Shown piece by piece: positions 34,887 through 45,051 of a stretch of DNA of 64,000 bases. The stretch's first letter is position 1. Each line of letters starts with the position of its first letter. Source of the DNA: Zygnema circumcarinatum SAG 698-1b (lineage: Eukaryota; Plantae; Zygnematophyceae); NCBI GenBank assembly GCA_037447605.1, contig CM074813.1:1798001-1862000 (forward strand), written 5' to 3'. The notes under the pieces are model-generated. The model was not told where the DNA came from, did no database searches, and saw only the letters and a program-made list of their open reading frames with translations. The translations under genes and the position numbers were made by a program.

Positions 34887-36749
34887 ATGTGCCAGCTAAG
34901 CATGCTGGAGAGGCCTTCGGGCCCTCGCAGCCTCGCACCCGAGCAGTCGCTTTCGCGGCGGCCTCTCTCCTCGTCGGCGGAGAGGGAGAAGAAGCGGAGG
35001 CGGCGGAGGGAGCGGCGCGTCAAACAAATCTCCCAAGGAGGCTCCGCATTGAAGCCGCACGAGTGGCGGGCCGGGACGCTGGCGGCCCCTCCCGGCACTC
35101 CCGCAGCGCTCAGTGGGAGCTCGGACGGGCAGGAGGGCGGGAGAGCGACAGATAGGGAGAGGGAGTGGTTACGAGAGAGGGGCAGGGAGTGGGAGGGGAA
35201 GGAGGAGGACGCGGAGGACGAGTACACGGACGAGAACGAGGACCACGAGGTGGCGGAGGACGGGATGGGGAGAGAAGCACGTCCTTTCAGGGCCATGGCT
35301 GCGGATTCCTTCCATAGAGTCCCTGCTCTGTCGAGCGTGACAGATAGAACGGATTCCGTTGCAGCCAACGGCCGCCCTGCCCCGCAGCCGCACGCCTCGT
35401 GCCCGTCCATCCTCGACATCTGCGCCGCCCCCTCAGGCCGAGCCTGGCTGCAGCAGGCGCCACGTGGAAGCACCGCAGCGCCTCTCGCCAGAGCCATGGC
35501 GGACGCCTCCCCCATCGCTCCTCGCTCCCTCCTCGACCGCGAACGGAGCGACACGTGTCCCGGGCTCAGCTCCCACCCCGCACCGGAAGCTTCGTGGAAA
35601 TCTCCGCAGCGGTCCATGAGCGACTCCCTCTCCGGCATCCCCGGGGCGTGGCGGGCGGCGCTCCTTCCGGAGGTGGTCGCCGCCAGGAAGTGCCTCTCGC
35701 TGCCCCTGGGCGCGATCGCCCCGCGGGGACACGTGGCGGAGGCTGGTGCCGCCACGTCACCGGCGCTGGTGAGCTGGCACGCCGGGGCGGGGCCGCACGC
35801 GTGTTCCATCTGCGGCATGCGGTTTCCAACTGTGCAGGCGCTCGGCGGACATAGAAACGGGCACAGGGAACTGAAGGGCGTGCACCCGCAGAAGGGCGGG
35901 GCCGGGAAGAGGAGGGGGCGGCGGAAGGCGGGAAGGAGCGGGGAGGGGGGGGAGGAGAGCAGGAGAGAGAGAGAGAGGGAGAGAGAGGGAGGGGGCGGGG
36001 AGAGGGAGAGGGAGAGGGAGAGGCGTGTGAGGGAGGAGACGAAGCTCGCTGCTGTGGCGATCGGTGCTAGTGCTGGGAGCGGTACTGCTCTATGTCCGCT
36101 GGCTGTAACGGCAACTGAAACTGCGGCATCGAGTATGGAAATGCGCTCTGTGGGAGGGCACTTGGCCGGCCTTTCAGTGCCGTTTCTTGCAATGCAGCGG
36201 GAGGAGGATGGAGCAGTTGAAGGAGACAGAAATCTGCTGCTCTCCATTGAACCCTGCTGTGGTCAGTACTGCAATTTCTTCTCTATGTCGTGCCGCTCCG
36301 TTATGGTTTTAGGCGACGGACATGGAAATCCCCACTCTCGGATACCATCCGCGTATCCAACTCCATCGGCAGAAGCCTCCCTCTTCTCCCCTCCCTCTTC
36401 CCCATTAACAACCCAGAACGATACATTTGTGAATTTTGCTTATCTGCCCCTTCCTCGGCGCTCGGCCAGATCCTTGCCTCCCTCTCGGAGCCACAGTTGG
36501 ACAGCGGTTCCATGCGATTATTTGGTAGAAGCGGCGGGTAGGGAGTTGATCATGGAGGAGGGCTTTCTGAGCCCGGGAGCAAGCGGGGAAGATGGGTTCA
36601 GCAATAAGAAGACCGGACTGGCGGAAGGGATTTTAAGGAGAATTGCGTCGGATCAGCGAATGGCGGGAGTTGGCATTGCCGCAAATCAGGACTGGGCGGG
36701 TTGCTCGCTGGCAGAAGATGTTGATTTGGATTTAAAGCTCGCCTTGTGA
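34887..36749 (+). CDS. Q-type C2H2 zinc-finger/EAR repressor, paralogue B (620 aa, intronless)
   Basis: Same QALGGH finger and VDLDLKLAL terminus. It is head-to-head (inverted) relative to paralogue A. Confidence 0.88.
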   Translation: MCQLSMLERPSGPRSLAPEQSLSRRPLSSSAEREKKRRRRRERRVKQISQGGSALKPHEWRAGTLAAPPGTPAALSGSSDGQEGGRATDREREWLRERGREWEGKEEDAEDEYTDENEDHEVAEDGMGREARPFRAMAADSFHRVPALSSVTDRTDSVAANGRPAPQPHASCPSILDICAAPSGRAWLQQAPRGSTAAPLARAMADASPIAPRSLLDRERSDTCPGLSSHPAPEASWKSPQRSMSDSLSGIPGAWRAALLPEVVAARKCLSLPLGAIAPRGHVAEAGAATSPALVSWHAGAGPHACSICGMRFPTVQALGGHRNGHRELKGVHPQKGGAGKRRGRRKAGRSGEGGEESRREREREREGGGGERERERERRVREETKLAAVAIGASAGSGTALCPLAVTATETAASSMEMRSVGGHLAGLSVPFLAMQREEDGAVEGDRNLLLSIEPCCGQYCNFFSMSCRSVMVLGDGHGNPHSRIPSAYPTPSAEASLFSPPSSPLTTQNDTFVNFAYLPLPRRSARSLPPSRSHSWTAVPCDYLVEAAGRELIMEEGFLSPGASGEDGFSNKKTGLAEGILRRIASDQRMAGVGIAANQDWAGCSLAEDVDLDLKLAL

Positions 36750-37300
36750 TAATGTTTCTGGAGCCTTGACTAGGAAGAAGGGAAGGGAGGGTGAGAGGGA
36801 GAGATGGGGAGAAAGGGGAGGGCGAAAGAGGGCGGGTTTTAGGAAGAAGGAAAAGGGTGGGGGAAATAGATTGTGATTGAATTCGAGAATATAGTATAGG
36901 CCAGAAACTCCCACACACGTACTCCATCGCATAGGTCAGGATTGTATTAGTCAAACCTAGTGCTGGGAGCGGTACTGCTCTCTCTGTCAGCTGGCTGTCA
37001 ACTGTTGATGGAGAGAGCACATCAAGGTTTGTGGTATTCAGCTCATTAGGGGATGTTGCATAGTGCGACGAGTGGCTATTATAATGCGACGATTTGGGAG
37101 CGTGCGATGATGCGAGGCGACGTCGCAGCAAAGCAGTCGCAAGGGGTACGTCGAAAAGGGGTACGGTGTGCAGGTATACCAGTTGTACGGACGTGAGTAC
37201 AGTCCACTCACGTTATAGTGACCGTGTCGGTCCCCACATGTTTGTGTCACTATATCCGTAATGACTCGTTTATCATTTTACATTTATAGCGATAATATTA

Positions 37301-37935
37301 GGAGAACTGTATACCGCCCACCTTTTTGGTTATCCCGCCCTTGTTTTTTTGAAATCCCAGTCTCCCATTTTGGCTATTCTGCCCCCCCCCCTCCATTTTC
37401 GCTATTCCCCCGCATTTTTTTTTTTTTTTTTTTTCTTCTCATATTTCGAGAGGAGATTCTGCTCATTCTCTCTCACTCCTCTGCTCTTTCTCTCTCTCCT
37501 CGGCTCTCACTCCTTGGCTCTCACTCCTTTGCTCTCTCTCTCTTCTCTCTCCTTCACTCTTTCTCTCTCTCCTCTACTCTCTCCTCTAGTCTTTCTCTCC
37601 TATGTTCTCTCCTTCATACTCTCTCTCCTCTGCTCTCTCTCCTCTGCTCTTCAAGAGAGAGAGAGATAGAGAGAACAAGAGAGAGAGCTCTCTCTCTCTT
37701 TCTCTCTATTTCTCTCTCTCTCTTCCTCTCTTCTCTGCTCTGCTTTCTCTTTGCGAATGTCTATACGGACTTTGCGCTGATGTGTGAGAAGGAGAAAACA
37801 AGGGGGGAATGTGCAAAGTAAAGGGCGGGATATCCCAAAATAGGAGGGGGGCGGAATAGCCAAAATGGGAGAGCGGGATTTCAAAAAAAAAATCAAGGGC
37901 GGGAGAACCCAAAAAGGGGGCGGTATATATTTCTC
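37301..37935. mobile_element. Long-TIR MITE with a CT-microsatellite interior (MULE-like; boundaries 37301-37935, or 37314-37923 if TA-flanked)
   Basis: TIRs of ~80-95 bp, (G)GAGAACTGTATACCGCCCACCTTTTTGG...CCAAAAAGGGGGCGGTATATATTTCTC. Degenerate 9-bp flanks ATAATATTA/ATGTTATTA. The element is absent from the sibling host copy at 45 kb. Confidence 0.75.
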
Positions 37936-38233
37936 ATGTTATTACAGATGTTTTTGCAGTATATCCGTACACCTTTGATCCCGTACATTGTACTTTTTGG
38001 GCAGTCGTCTCTTGGGTACAGTAGGTGTCTACGAACCCTAGGGAGCATGTGTACGGTCAAGTTGATGTGTACGGTCAAGTCGATATCTGACGGTATTTGT
38101 CGATAATGTGTACGGTCGTAATATATTTCTAACGTATATTCCGATGCGTGGGTGGATAATATCGATATTTTGAATATATATTAACAATTAGGGCTTTTCA
38201 ATTAGGGCTTATATCCGTAATGGCGTCACTATT

Positions 38234-38435
38234 AGGGGGAGTCAGACCTTGACCATCGCCAAATCAATTTCGTAAGCCTGTCGGGCGAATTAAGCATTGG
38301 CTAGGTACGCATTTCGATATGGCTGGGCTCGCCCGAGCCGCGGATCCCGATCCCTAATTCGTACACGAAAGAAGTGACTTTTAGTATAAGGAATTCGGGA
38401 ATTTCGTAAGCGATGGTCAAGGTCTGACTCCCCCT
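38234..38435. mobile_element. 202-bp MITE with AGGG termini and ATT TSD
   Basis: Perfect 26-bp TIR AGGGGGAGTCAGACCTTGACCATCGC with ATT on both sides. The empty site in the 45-kb sibling reads GTCACT-ACT-GGCGC, one substitution from GTCACT-ATT-GGCGC. Confidence 0.88.
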
Positions 38436-39490
38436 ATTGGCGCAGGATCTGCAGTGGTGCAATTCCGTTCCCGGAAAAAACGTCAGTATATCCATGCTGT
38501 TATTATAAACAATGTCATTATAACGTGAGTAGACTGTAGTCCCAGTCACTGTACGAATGTCGGAGATGCCGCGTGGCGCATGCAGAACGCAAGAGACACG
38601 TGTAGCAGGCGCTGAGTAGGAGCAGCCGGACGGTGAGATGAACAGGAGTAGGGTTTTGAGAACCTCACCCTCTTCTGTTTCCTGTAAGGGATTAGCCCCT
38701 CGTGTTGGGGCTGTGTGAAGGTGGAGTGGTCCAGGCTTGTGTGGTAGCCTGCAGTATTTATTTATTGGGGGAGAAAGGGTTTGTCGAGGCGAGCAGTGAA
38801 GAGCTGTGGGCTTATCTATTGAGCTATACTTCCATGATTATCTTTAATAGAGCTTTATGGCCCTTGAGGATTTCTCCATAAATATTTCACGTTTTTTATG
38901 TGTGTTTTATTTTGTCTTTATGATTCTTGATTGCTTAGAGTTTTGCTTTGAAGGATTTGAACGAGAGAGAGACCAAGCGAAGATGTACAGGCAGATTGTG
39001 TAGAACGTTAACAGCAACGACAACTGAAACTGCGGCATCAAGTACGGAAATGAGCCATCTGGGAGGGCACTTGGCCGGCCTTTCAGTGCCGTATCTTGCA
39101 ATGCAGCGGGAGGAGGATGGAGCAGTTGAAGGAGACAGAAATCTGCTGCTCTCCATTGCTGTGACCAGAACTGCAATTTCTTCTCTGTGTCGTGCCGATC
39201 CGTTAGGGTCTCAGGCGACGGACATGGAAATCTCCTCTCTCGGACACCATCCGCGTGTCCAACTCCCTCTGCAGGAGCCTCCCTCTCCTCCCTCCCTCGT
39301 ACCTTCACAGATACTTCGAAAATCGAGCCATCTGCCCATCCCTAGTGTAGGCACACCGTACATACCGCCCGTACGTCTAGTACTGTGAGCACCTTCGTTT
39401 CGTGCTGTAACAGAAGGGTTGCGTAACATATTGGGCGCAAGTTTTAATTGCTCAATGTAGTCACATCCCTGCTCGATGTGGGGACATGCG

Positions 39491-40297
39491 CAGGCCTCTT
39501 CAAATAAGGGACTCCAGCTCAAGATAAAAGACTATCCCTTGAAATTGGTTTTGGAAAAAAACAGGAAGTAAAGCATGTACGTTCAAAGAATATGTGTGGG
39601 TATGGGTATCTACGGATGTGGTTCTCTTCAGCGTCATTTGTACATGCCCATGAACATCTGTACATGGTCTTTCGACTAGTTTGCATTAGTTTCACAGTCG
39701 TCGACTTGTTGAACCTAAAAACGACATCAACGGAAAGAAGAATTTTTGTTTCAGTTCTAATTTCGGGTTCCATTTCAGTTTATGTATTTGTGGCTGAACC
39801 CAAAAGTTTGGAGGTTATGATTTGGAATTTTAGTTTGGTGAAAAAAATTTCAACTACGATGGATTCTGAAAACGGGATACTTGGAGTAATTCACGATAGA
39901 TGGAAATGGAGTTGGGGAGCTTCCGATGAGAATTGCAAGGCCTTGATGCGATTGAGTCTTCGAATGAGTAACTAACTGCATGTGGTCTTTGCTCGATGCA
40001 CAAGTGTTCTAATCGATTGGTAAAACATCCAGTGTATGCGGGTTCAAGAGTTTGCACCTGTTTTTAGAGCCTTAAGCCAACAAGTAGAGGTCATGGACAC
40101 ATGATGACATAGCCATGTAAGTGCAATGCCAATTCATTTCACGTTTTAAACCAAAAAAAGGCACACACACGCAAACTTTCAAAAAAAGGCGTTTTCATGG
40201 ATTTTACGGTATGTAAGCTTTAAACTGATCCCAAATGTGGCCCTGAAATAATATATTTGCGGTTGTTAAAGGGACATCCCTTATTTAACGAGGCCTG
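39491..40297. mobile_element. Degenerate ~807-bp hAT-like non-autonomous element
   Basis: TIR CAGGCCTCTTCAAATAAGGG versus CCCTTATTTAACGAGGCCTG (2 mismatches in 20). The 8-bp flanks GACATGCG/GGCATGCA match 6 of 8. The interior is AT-rich and non-coding. Confidence 0.55.
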
Positions 40298-40386
40298 GGC
40301 ATGCAGCATCCATGCATGCATGCATGGCCGAGGGCCATGTCCCATGTGTCCCGCGGCAGGGTTTGGCCGTACCCGCTGTCGTATTA

Positions 40387-40711
40387 GGGTGGGGTTCCAT
40401 CAGCCCGTTATTCCGACGTGGCGTCGTAATGGAGGACGACCCATGGGTTCCATGAGGCCGTTTCCGCCAACGTGGCGCCGACGTGGCTGCCACGTGGTAA
40501 CGAGGCACCGTTCCACAGGATGCTGCTCCGGAGGTGGTGTAACGCCATTACGACCATTCGCGTGCCGCCACGTGGCTACCAAAGATCCGCAAGCGTGCGA
40601 CTGCCACGCTGGCCAACGGCGTTCTGATGGAACTCGTCGTTCCATCTGAAAACGGCATCCTACGTGGACGGTAACGAGCTCGTTACGAAACGGGCTGATG
40701 GAAACCCACCC
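40387..40711. mobile_element. 325-bp Tourist (PIF/Harbinger)-like MITE carrying ABRE/G-box motifs
   Basis: TTA|GGGTGGGGTTCCATCAGCCCGTT ... AACGGGCTGATGGAAACCCACCC|TTA; 23-bp TIR with 1 mismatch and a TTA TSD. Confidence 0.85.
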
Positions 40712-42091
40712 TTACATCCGGGATCTGGACATTTTGCGCGCGCCCTTCGATCCGATTTGTCCTCTTCACAACAATATGTCGTATGTGTTCGTACATCGCG
40801 TCGCGTTCCCCGTTGAATGCCGGGACGTGGCTGTCACGTGGCTGCCACGTGGCTAATGGCCCGCCCGGCCGGGCTGAACATTGAAGGGTCCCACAATTTT
40901 CACCAGGCGCAACCGGGCGGCCACACCTAGGCCGTCCCATTGGCCCTCTCGCCCCAGTTTTTTTTTTTTTTCACAATTTTCCTCTGCCCGTTGCTGTCGC
41001 GTCGCCTGCCGACCTCTCGCGGTTTGCACTTTCGTCGCATTTCCAGGGACGATTCTGTCCGTACGGTCGATCGCCGGTTGTGTCGTATTGGCTCCCGGCC
41101 TGCCGCCCGCCCCCGCTGTTCCGTCATTACGACAAGATCCTCATGACGTATTTTGTTTGCCGCGCGATCCGCCGCCATTTCCAACCACGTCACGATCGGG
41201 CCGTACACATAAATCGAACGGCCGGACATCTTCCACGTCACATATCCAGTTCAATCACAAACCATAGCCGTCCGATCCCTGATCTGACGTTCGCCTCAGT
41301 CCGCGCCGCGTCAAGGACGACGATCGGCAGATCGATCCCCCGAGGATCCATCCGCCGATGGGCGCGCAGAGTCGCACGCGCGAACCACGTGGAGCGACCC
41401 TGCGCCTCCTCGAGTCGCAAAGAGGCGCCACGTCAGTGTGCCTCGCCCTGGCGGATGGATAAAGGCGCAGAGAGAGCGAGAGTGAGCAGACGAAGAGAAG
41501 TAGAGGACGCCGAGAGGGCGAAGGTGTGAGAGGGACAGAGCAGACAGGGAGGGAGAGGGGTGAGAGGGAGGTCGCGAAGGGAGGAAGGGAGAGGGAGGGA
41601 GAGGACGTCGGAAGGGAGAGAGTGGGAGGAGGACGCAGGGAGGGAGAAAGTGGGAGGGATAGGGAGTAACGAGAGAGGGAGGGAGAAAACGTTGGGAGGG
41701 TGAGAGAGAGAGGGAGAGGACGCAGGGAGGGAAAGAGGGAAGAAAGGAAAGGGAGAGGACGTCGGGGGGGAGAGAGAGAGGAAGGGAGAGGGCAAAAGGC
41801 GGGAGGGACAGGGAGGGAGAAGGCTTTGGGAAGGGAGAGAGGGAGGGAGAGGGCGCAGGCAGGGAGAGAACGGGAAAGAGGGGCCATTGAGAAGGGAGAG
41901 AGAGGGCAGGGAGGGAGTGATAGGGAGTGAGAGGACGCAGGGAGCGAGAGCGAGAAAACATGACGGGAGGGGACGCACGGAAGAACGGAGAGGATACGGG
42001 AAGCAAGAGGACGCTGAAAGGAAGAGAGGCCGGGACGAGGAGTGGGAGGAGAGGCGGGGTGACGACAGAGAGCCTGCAGGTATTCGGCGCC

Positions 42092-43954
42092 ATGTGCCAG
42101 CTAAGCATGCTGGGAACTCCTCGGAACCTCACACCCGGGCAGTCCCTTCCGCGGCCTCTCACCTCGTCGGCGGAGAGGGAGAAGAAGCGGAGGCGGCTGT
42201 GGGACGAGTGGGTAAAACAAATCTTCCAAGGAGGTCCAACGGCGAATCCAAAGGAGTGGCGGGCGCGAACGCTCGCAACGCTACCCTGCACTCCCGCAGC
42301 GTCCAGTGGGAGCTCGGACGGGCAGGAGGGTGGGAGAGCGACAGATAGGGAGAGGGAGTGGTTGCAAGAGAGGGGCAGGGAGTGGGAGGGGGAGGAGGAG
42401 GACGCGGAGGACGAGTACGCGGACGAGGACGAGGACAACGAGGTGGCGGAGGACGGGATGGGGAGAGAAGCACGTCCTTTCAGGGCCATGGCTGTGGATT
42501 CCTTCCATAGAGTCCCTGCTCTGTCGAGCGTGACAGATAGAACGGATTCCGTTGCAGCCAACGGCCGCCCTGCCCCGCAGCCGCACGCCTCGTGCCCGTC
42601 CATCCTCGACATCTGCGCCGCCCCCTCAGGCCGAGCCTGGCTGCAGCAGGCGCCACGTGGCAGCACCGCAGCGCCTCTCGCCAGAGCCATGGCGGACGCC
42701 TCCCCCATCGCTCCTCGCTCCCTCCTCGACCGCGAGCGGAGCGACACGTGTCCCGGGCTCAGCTCCCACCCCGCACCGGAAGCTTCGTGGAAATCTCCGC
42801 AGCGGTCCATGAGCGACTCCCTCTCCGGCATCCCCGGGGCGTGGCGGGCGGCGCTCCTTCCGGAGGTGGTCGCCGCCAGGAAGTGCCTCTCGCTGCCCCT
42901 GGGCGCGATCGCCCCGCGGGGACACGTGGCGGAGGCTGGTGCCGCCATGTCACCGGCGCTGGTGAGCTGGCACGCCGGGGCGGGGCCGCACGCGTGTTCC
43001 ATCTGCGGCATGCGGTTTCCAACTGTGCAGGCGCTCGGCGGACATAGAAACGGGCACAGGGAACTGAAGGGCGTGCACCCGCAGAAGGGCGGGGCCGGGA
43101 AGAGGAGGGCGCGGCGGAAGGCGGGAAGGAGCGGGGAGGGGGGGGAGGAGAGCAGGAGAGAGAGAGAGAGGGAGAGAGAGGGAGGGGGCGGGGAGAAGGA
43201 GAGGGGGAGGGAGAGGGAGAGGGAGAGGCGTGTGAGGGAGGAGACGAAGCTCGCTGCTGTGGCGATCGGTGCTAGTGCTGGGAGCGGTACTGCTCTATGT
43301 CAGCTGGCTGTAACGGCAACTGAAACTGCGGCATCGAGTATGGATATGCGCCATCTGGGAGGGCACTTGGACGGCCTTTCAGTGCCGTTTCTTGCAATGC
43401 AGCGGGAGGAGGATGGAGCAGATGAAGGAGACAGAAGTCTGCTGCTCTCCATTGAACCCTGTTGTGGTCAGTACTGCAATTTCTTCTCTATGTCGTGCCG
43501 CTCCGTTATGGTTTTAGGCGACGGATATGGAAATCCCCACTCTCGGACACCATTCGCGTATCCAACTCCATTGGCTGGAGTCTCTCTCGTCTCCCCTCCC
43601 TCGTCCCTTTTAACAACCCAGAACGATTCATCGGTGAATTTTACCTTTGTGCCCCTGCCTTGGTGCTCGGCCAGATCCTTGGCTGCCGCTCCGAGCCTGA
43701 ATGGGACAGCGGTTCCATGCGAATGTTTGGTTGAAGCGGTGGAACCGGATTTGATTACGGGGAAGGGCTTTCTGAGCCCGGGAGCAAGCGGGGAAGGTGG
43801 GTTTAGCAAAAAGAAGGCCGGACTGCCGGAAGAGATTTTAAGGAGAATTGCGGCGTATCAGCGAATGGCGGGAGTTGGCCTTGCCGCAAATCAGAATTTG
43901 ACGGGTGACTTGCTGGCAGGATATGTCGATTTGGATTTAAAGCTCGCCTGGTGA
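42092..43954 (+). CDS. Q-type C2H2 zinc-finger/EAR repressor, paralogue C (~620 aa, intronless)
   Basis: The ATG homologous to A and B (gccATGTGCCAG) is at 42092. Same finger; the terminus is VDLDLKLAW. Confidence 0.87.
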   Translation: MCQLSMLGTPRNLTPGQSLPRPLTSSAEREKKRRRLWDEWVKQIFQGGPTANPKEWRARTLATLPCTPAASSGSSDGQEGGRATDREREWLQERGREWEGEEEDAEDEYADEDEDNEVAEDGMGREARPFRAMAVDSFHRVPALSSVTDRTDSVAANGRPAPQPHASCPSILDICAAPSGRAWLQQAPRGSTAAPLARAMADASPIAPRSLLDRERSDTCPGLSSHPAPEASWKSPQRSMSDSLSGIPGAWRAALLPEVVAARKCLSLPLGAIAPRGHVAEAGAAMSPALVSWHAGAGPHACSICGMRFPTVQALGGHRNGHRELKGVHPQKGGAGKRRARRKAGRSGEGGEESRREREREREGGGGEKERGRERERERRVREETKLAAVAIGASAGSGTALCQLAVTATETAASSMDMRHLGGHLDGLSVPFLAMQREEDGADEGDRSLLLSIEPCCGQYCNFFSMSCRSVMVLGDGYGNPHSRTPFAYPTPLAGVSLVSPPSSLLTTQNDSSVNFTFVPLPWCSARSLAAAPSLNGTAVPCECLVEAVEPDLITGKGFLSPGASGEGGFSKKKAGLPEEILRRIAAYQRMAGVGLAANQNLTGDLLAGYVDLDLKLAW

Positions 43955-44597
43955 TCGTGTTTTTTGAGTCTTGAGTAGGAGGACGGAGAGGGAAGGAGGG
44001 AGAGAGAGAAGGGAATGCAACCACGATTTCCTTCTAAAACTGCGAATCCAGTCGTCTGCTCCAATGCCCGAACCCCATACTGCTCATGGCGAAGGCGGGG
44101 TGATGGACGCTGCTCGCCGCATTTTTGAGGATCTTGTGGTTGCGGATCTCGCTCGCCACGATTTTTTTTCGCGCGCTGCGCATCATGAGGGCGTCGCTGC
44201 GCGCGATGCTGCCAGCTGGCCGTGGGGAGCGCGCGTGTGCCCACGCGACTCTGCCGACGAGTTTTATCCCACGGCCGGCGAGATGTTCGGTTGACTCGAC
44301 GCTTGGACGACGTTTGGATGTCTTTTTCGCGAGTGCGACTATCGCTCCTGCGCGGTGCACGGACGGCGCCTGGAGCCCCCCTCCGGCTGTGCTGTGCTTG
44401 CACCTTTTTATCGACAGCGCGTTTTTGTCGCCCTCCAGCGCGGCATATTTTTCCCCTCTTTCGGTATGCCACGGTTGTTGGCGACCGTCCGGCGGTCTTC
44501 CCTCCGCGCGATGTTGTACTTATGGGCGACCTTCGCGGCTGTTTCTTGTGCCGCGTAGTGCGCCTAGCAGTAGATTTCAGCTCGTAGTTTTTTTTCA

Positions 44598-44680
44598 TCG
44601 GTTCCTCCTGGTTCCCCAGGTTGACTCTGTCGATGTACTTTTGATGGCATCGCCATCGTGAGACCAATGCCACTTCTTCT
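44598..44680. repeat. Short dispersed repeat, second copy at ~54338-54415
   Basis: GGTT.CTC.TGGTTCCCCA.GTTG...TTGATGGC(A)ATCGCCAT.GTGAGACCA is shared, roughly 70% identical by eye. Confidence 0.6.
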
Positions 44681-45051
44681 CGAATCCAGGCCGAGTCAGG
44701 CCTTGAACAAAAGCTGCGAGCCGTGTTTTTGGGGGGAAGGACTGGAGTCCCACAATCTCTTTGTGGCCCGGGGCTCTATGGCATGCCACACTTCACCTTG
44801 TAATGCTTTCCATGCAGGCGTGCGTGGATGGGTTGCATGTGCATGCGATGATGACGCATGAAGGGGCCCGTTTTCACGGCCAGGTTCACATGCGCTCCCG
44901 CAGTCACGTCATGGCCGACGCCGCAACTGAACCTGTTGAGCTATCGATCGTCGAGAACGACGAGTGGACCGACACTGACCCTGAATGCAATGATCAAGAC
45001 ACCCGGAGTCTACCCTGAGGACGGAGATCCACTGTGATCATCGTTGCACTA

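Larger units (their letters stand above)
37200..38536. mobile_element. Tc1/mariner-type MITE (TA TSD) carrying two nested insertions
   Basis: TA|CAGTCCACTCACGTTATAGTGAC ... GTCATTATAACGTGAGTAGACTG|TA. With the inserts removed, the interior is the reverse complement of the intact copy at 45052-45535. Confidence 0.85.
37003..39013. mobile_element. Possible solo LTR or other insertion (~670 bp net of nested MITEs) that split pseudo-copy D
   Basis: Starts TGTTGA and may end TTAACA; flanks tcaac/gcaac match 4 of 5. Boundaries are ambiguous because the host sequence itself contains AAC/CAAC. Confidence 0.35.
36957..39299 (+). pseudogene. Truncated fourth copy (D) of the zinc-finger gene 3' half, split into 36957-~37002 and ~39010-39299
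   Basis: CTAGTGCTGGGAGCGGTACTGCTC..TGTCAGCTGGCTGT is followed 2 kb later by AAC.GCAAC..TGAAACTGCGGCATC...; these are contiguous in the intact paralogues. A 7-nt deletion (AACCCTG) shifts the frame. The finger and EAR motif are absent. Confidence 0.8.

Noticed and set aside
41927-42091. 55-aa N-terminal extension of paralogue C in the ORF track
   Set aside because: GA-rich 5' leader; the ATG homologous to A and B is at 42092.
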